Assembly: GCF_035084215.1 (NCBI RefSeq)
Contig: NC_090325.1
Coordinates: forward strand, 121,954,001-122,018,000
DNA length: 64,000 nt
Direction of reading: 5' to 3'
Source: Heptranchias perlo
Taxonomy: Eukaryota
Of the stretch, positions 62,502-64,000 are shown one piece after another. Both the position numbers and the translations under genes were made by a program. Position 1 is the first letter of the stretch. Each line of letters opens with the position of its first letter. Under the pieces are notes generated by a model. The model had not been told where the DNA came from and made no database searches. It worked only from the letters and a program-made list of their open reading frames with translations.

Positions 62502-64000
62502 ATGCAATAATAAATATATTCAGAACTTGTACATAGTTTACAGCAGCAACAGGCAAATAATCTGTTATGATAGGTGGTGATTTGTTTATAAGTGTGGATT
62601 TGAAAGGATTAATTGGAACAATGTCTTTTTTTCATGTCAAAACTCTTCTGATCAAGTCTTTTGCATGCAGTGATGTGTATAATCTCTTTTTAATTTTGCA
62701 CAACCATTAATGACAGATGATTAAACATTGATAAGACTTGTCTGTCTGTCACATAACCTGGTCCTTATTATTGTTATTCCCAAGTAAGTAGCATCACATG
62801 AGCTGCAGAATAATCCAATTCCCAATCTTACATCTAACCCACAGGGGAATTCCTCACTGTATTTTTGATCCTGATCTTTCTCATGTGGAAAGAGGAAACA
62901 CTGGCCAGACAACAGAACTAAACTCTGTGATTTACGGGAAATATCTTTTCCCTTTTACTAGCTGCATTTTATTATTGTGACTCTTTAGATGCTAATGTTC
63001 CAAAATTGTAAAGATTTTTGCTAGTTTAAATGCTTACAATGTACAAGTTAGTTACAGTTGCTACTTGTGATGAATTTTCACCTTCAATGTACTTTCAGTT
63101 TGATGATGTAAAATGTCAAGTTAAGGATTAGAATTATCTACAAATCTTGAATCGCCAGAAGTGTGTTCTTGCATATCTGGTGCCTCTGCTATATTCCATG
63201 CTATTTCCAATCAAAATTTGTCCCATAAATAACAGAGTTAAGACAAAGAATCTTAAACACATTTGTGAAGTTGCCTCAATTTTTGACCAGTGATTTAGAG
63301 CTCAATTATGTGGTCGCAATTCAGTGGTGGCAGGACTGCTGTCCTTTGAGTGTGATGCGCTGAAAGTTAATCTACATAATGTCCGGGTGCTTGGATGCTG
63401 GATGATGCATTGGGAGTGCACTTGTTAAGGGTGCGGAATCTGGTGGCAGCAGCTCTTAAAAGTCTGTTGGTCTCCTTGTTCTGCTCCTGAAGCAGTAGGA
63501 ATGGTTGTAGTCATCAAAGAAGACATTTCAATTTGCAGCTTTGGAGATCCAATTACATGAGATCCTTCACAAAAAGATACTCCTTTTTGGAGTGGTGGGA
63601 CATCCACCTGTAGAGAGCAGCACCAGTGAAGCCTGCATAGAGGTTGCACAAACGGGGTTTCTGCCAAATGTCCACTGAAGTTACGGCGGTGGAGCAGGAC
63701 AAGCCCCGGGGAAATTCCCAGTGTATATTCCAAAAGCCATTAATTGGCTTTGAAGTGGGTTATGATGTCCTGAGGGTATGGAAGCTGTAATGCAAATGGG
63801 AATTCTTTCTTCTTTCACCAGCCTTAGTTAAAAATTAGCATAAAAAGGATGATTTTAAATGCTCCCTTCCGGCATAAATGGGGCAGTAGAAGCTTTAAAA
63901 TGGAGTTGTTAACTCATTGCCCTGCATACGGTGGTACTCCGGCTGCTGCCATCTTGGATAGGGTCCTGAAATAGGTGGCCGGAGTACTCGCCTGTTTCAG

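Overview
Eukaryotic, repeat-rich genomic DNA. The HE1/HER1-like, CR1, L2, Penelope and Harbinger repeats point to a cartilaginous fish (inference). The window holds a cluster of four intact, 4-exon, ELR-negative CXC chemokine genes that the ORF track does not show as complete proteins. Genes 1 and 2 (+; 3364-5243 and 16828-18707) encode the same 96-aa protein and lie in a recent ~13.5-kb tandem duplication. Gene 3 (+; 39288-41403) is a diverged, more basic 95-aa paralog. Gene 4 (-; 62273-60242) is inverted and looks partly gene-converted towards genes 1/2. Each gene has an NF-kB/AP-1-type proximal promoter with paralog-specific substitutions. The intergenic DNA is a mosaic of segmental duplications with microhomology junctions, a 4.1-kb decayed two-gene Harbinger transposon, Harbinger-type MITEs, nested LINEs, a Penelope element and Penelope-type short repeats carrying minimal hammerhead-ribozyme motifs, and a 26-bp minisatellite. 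I found no wholly new system. The best leads are a conserved intronic stop/poly(A) alternative ending, replacement of the 3' UTR in genes 1/2 by a transposon carrying an array of splice-donor-like motifs, and regulatory and N-loop diversification among the chemokine paralogs. All comparisons were made by eye.
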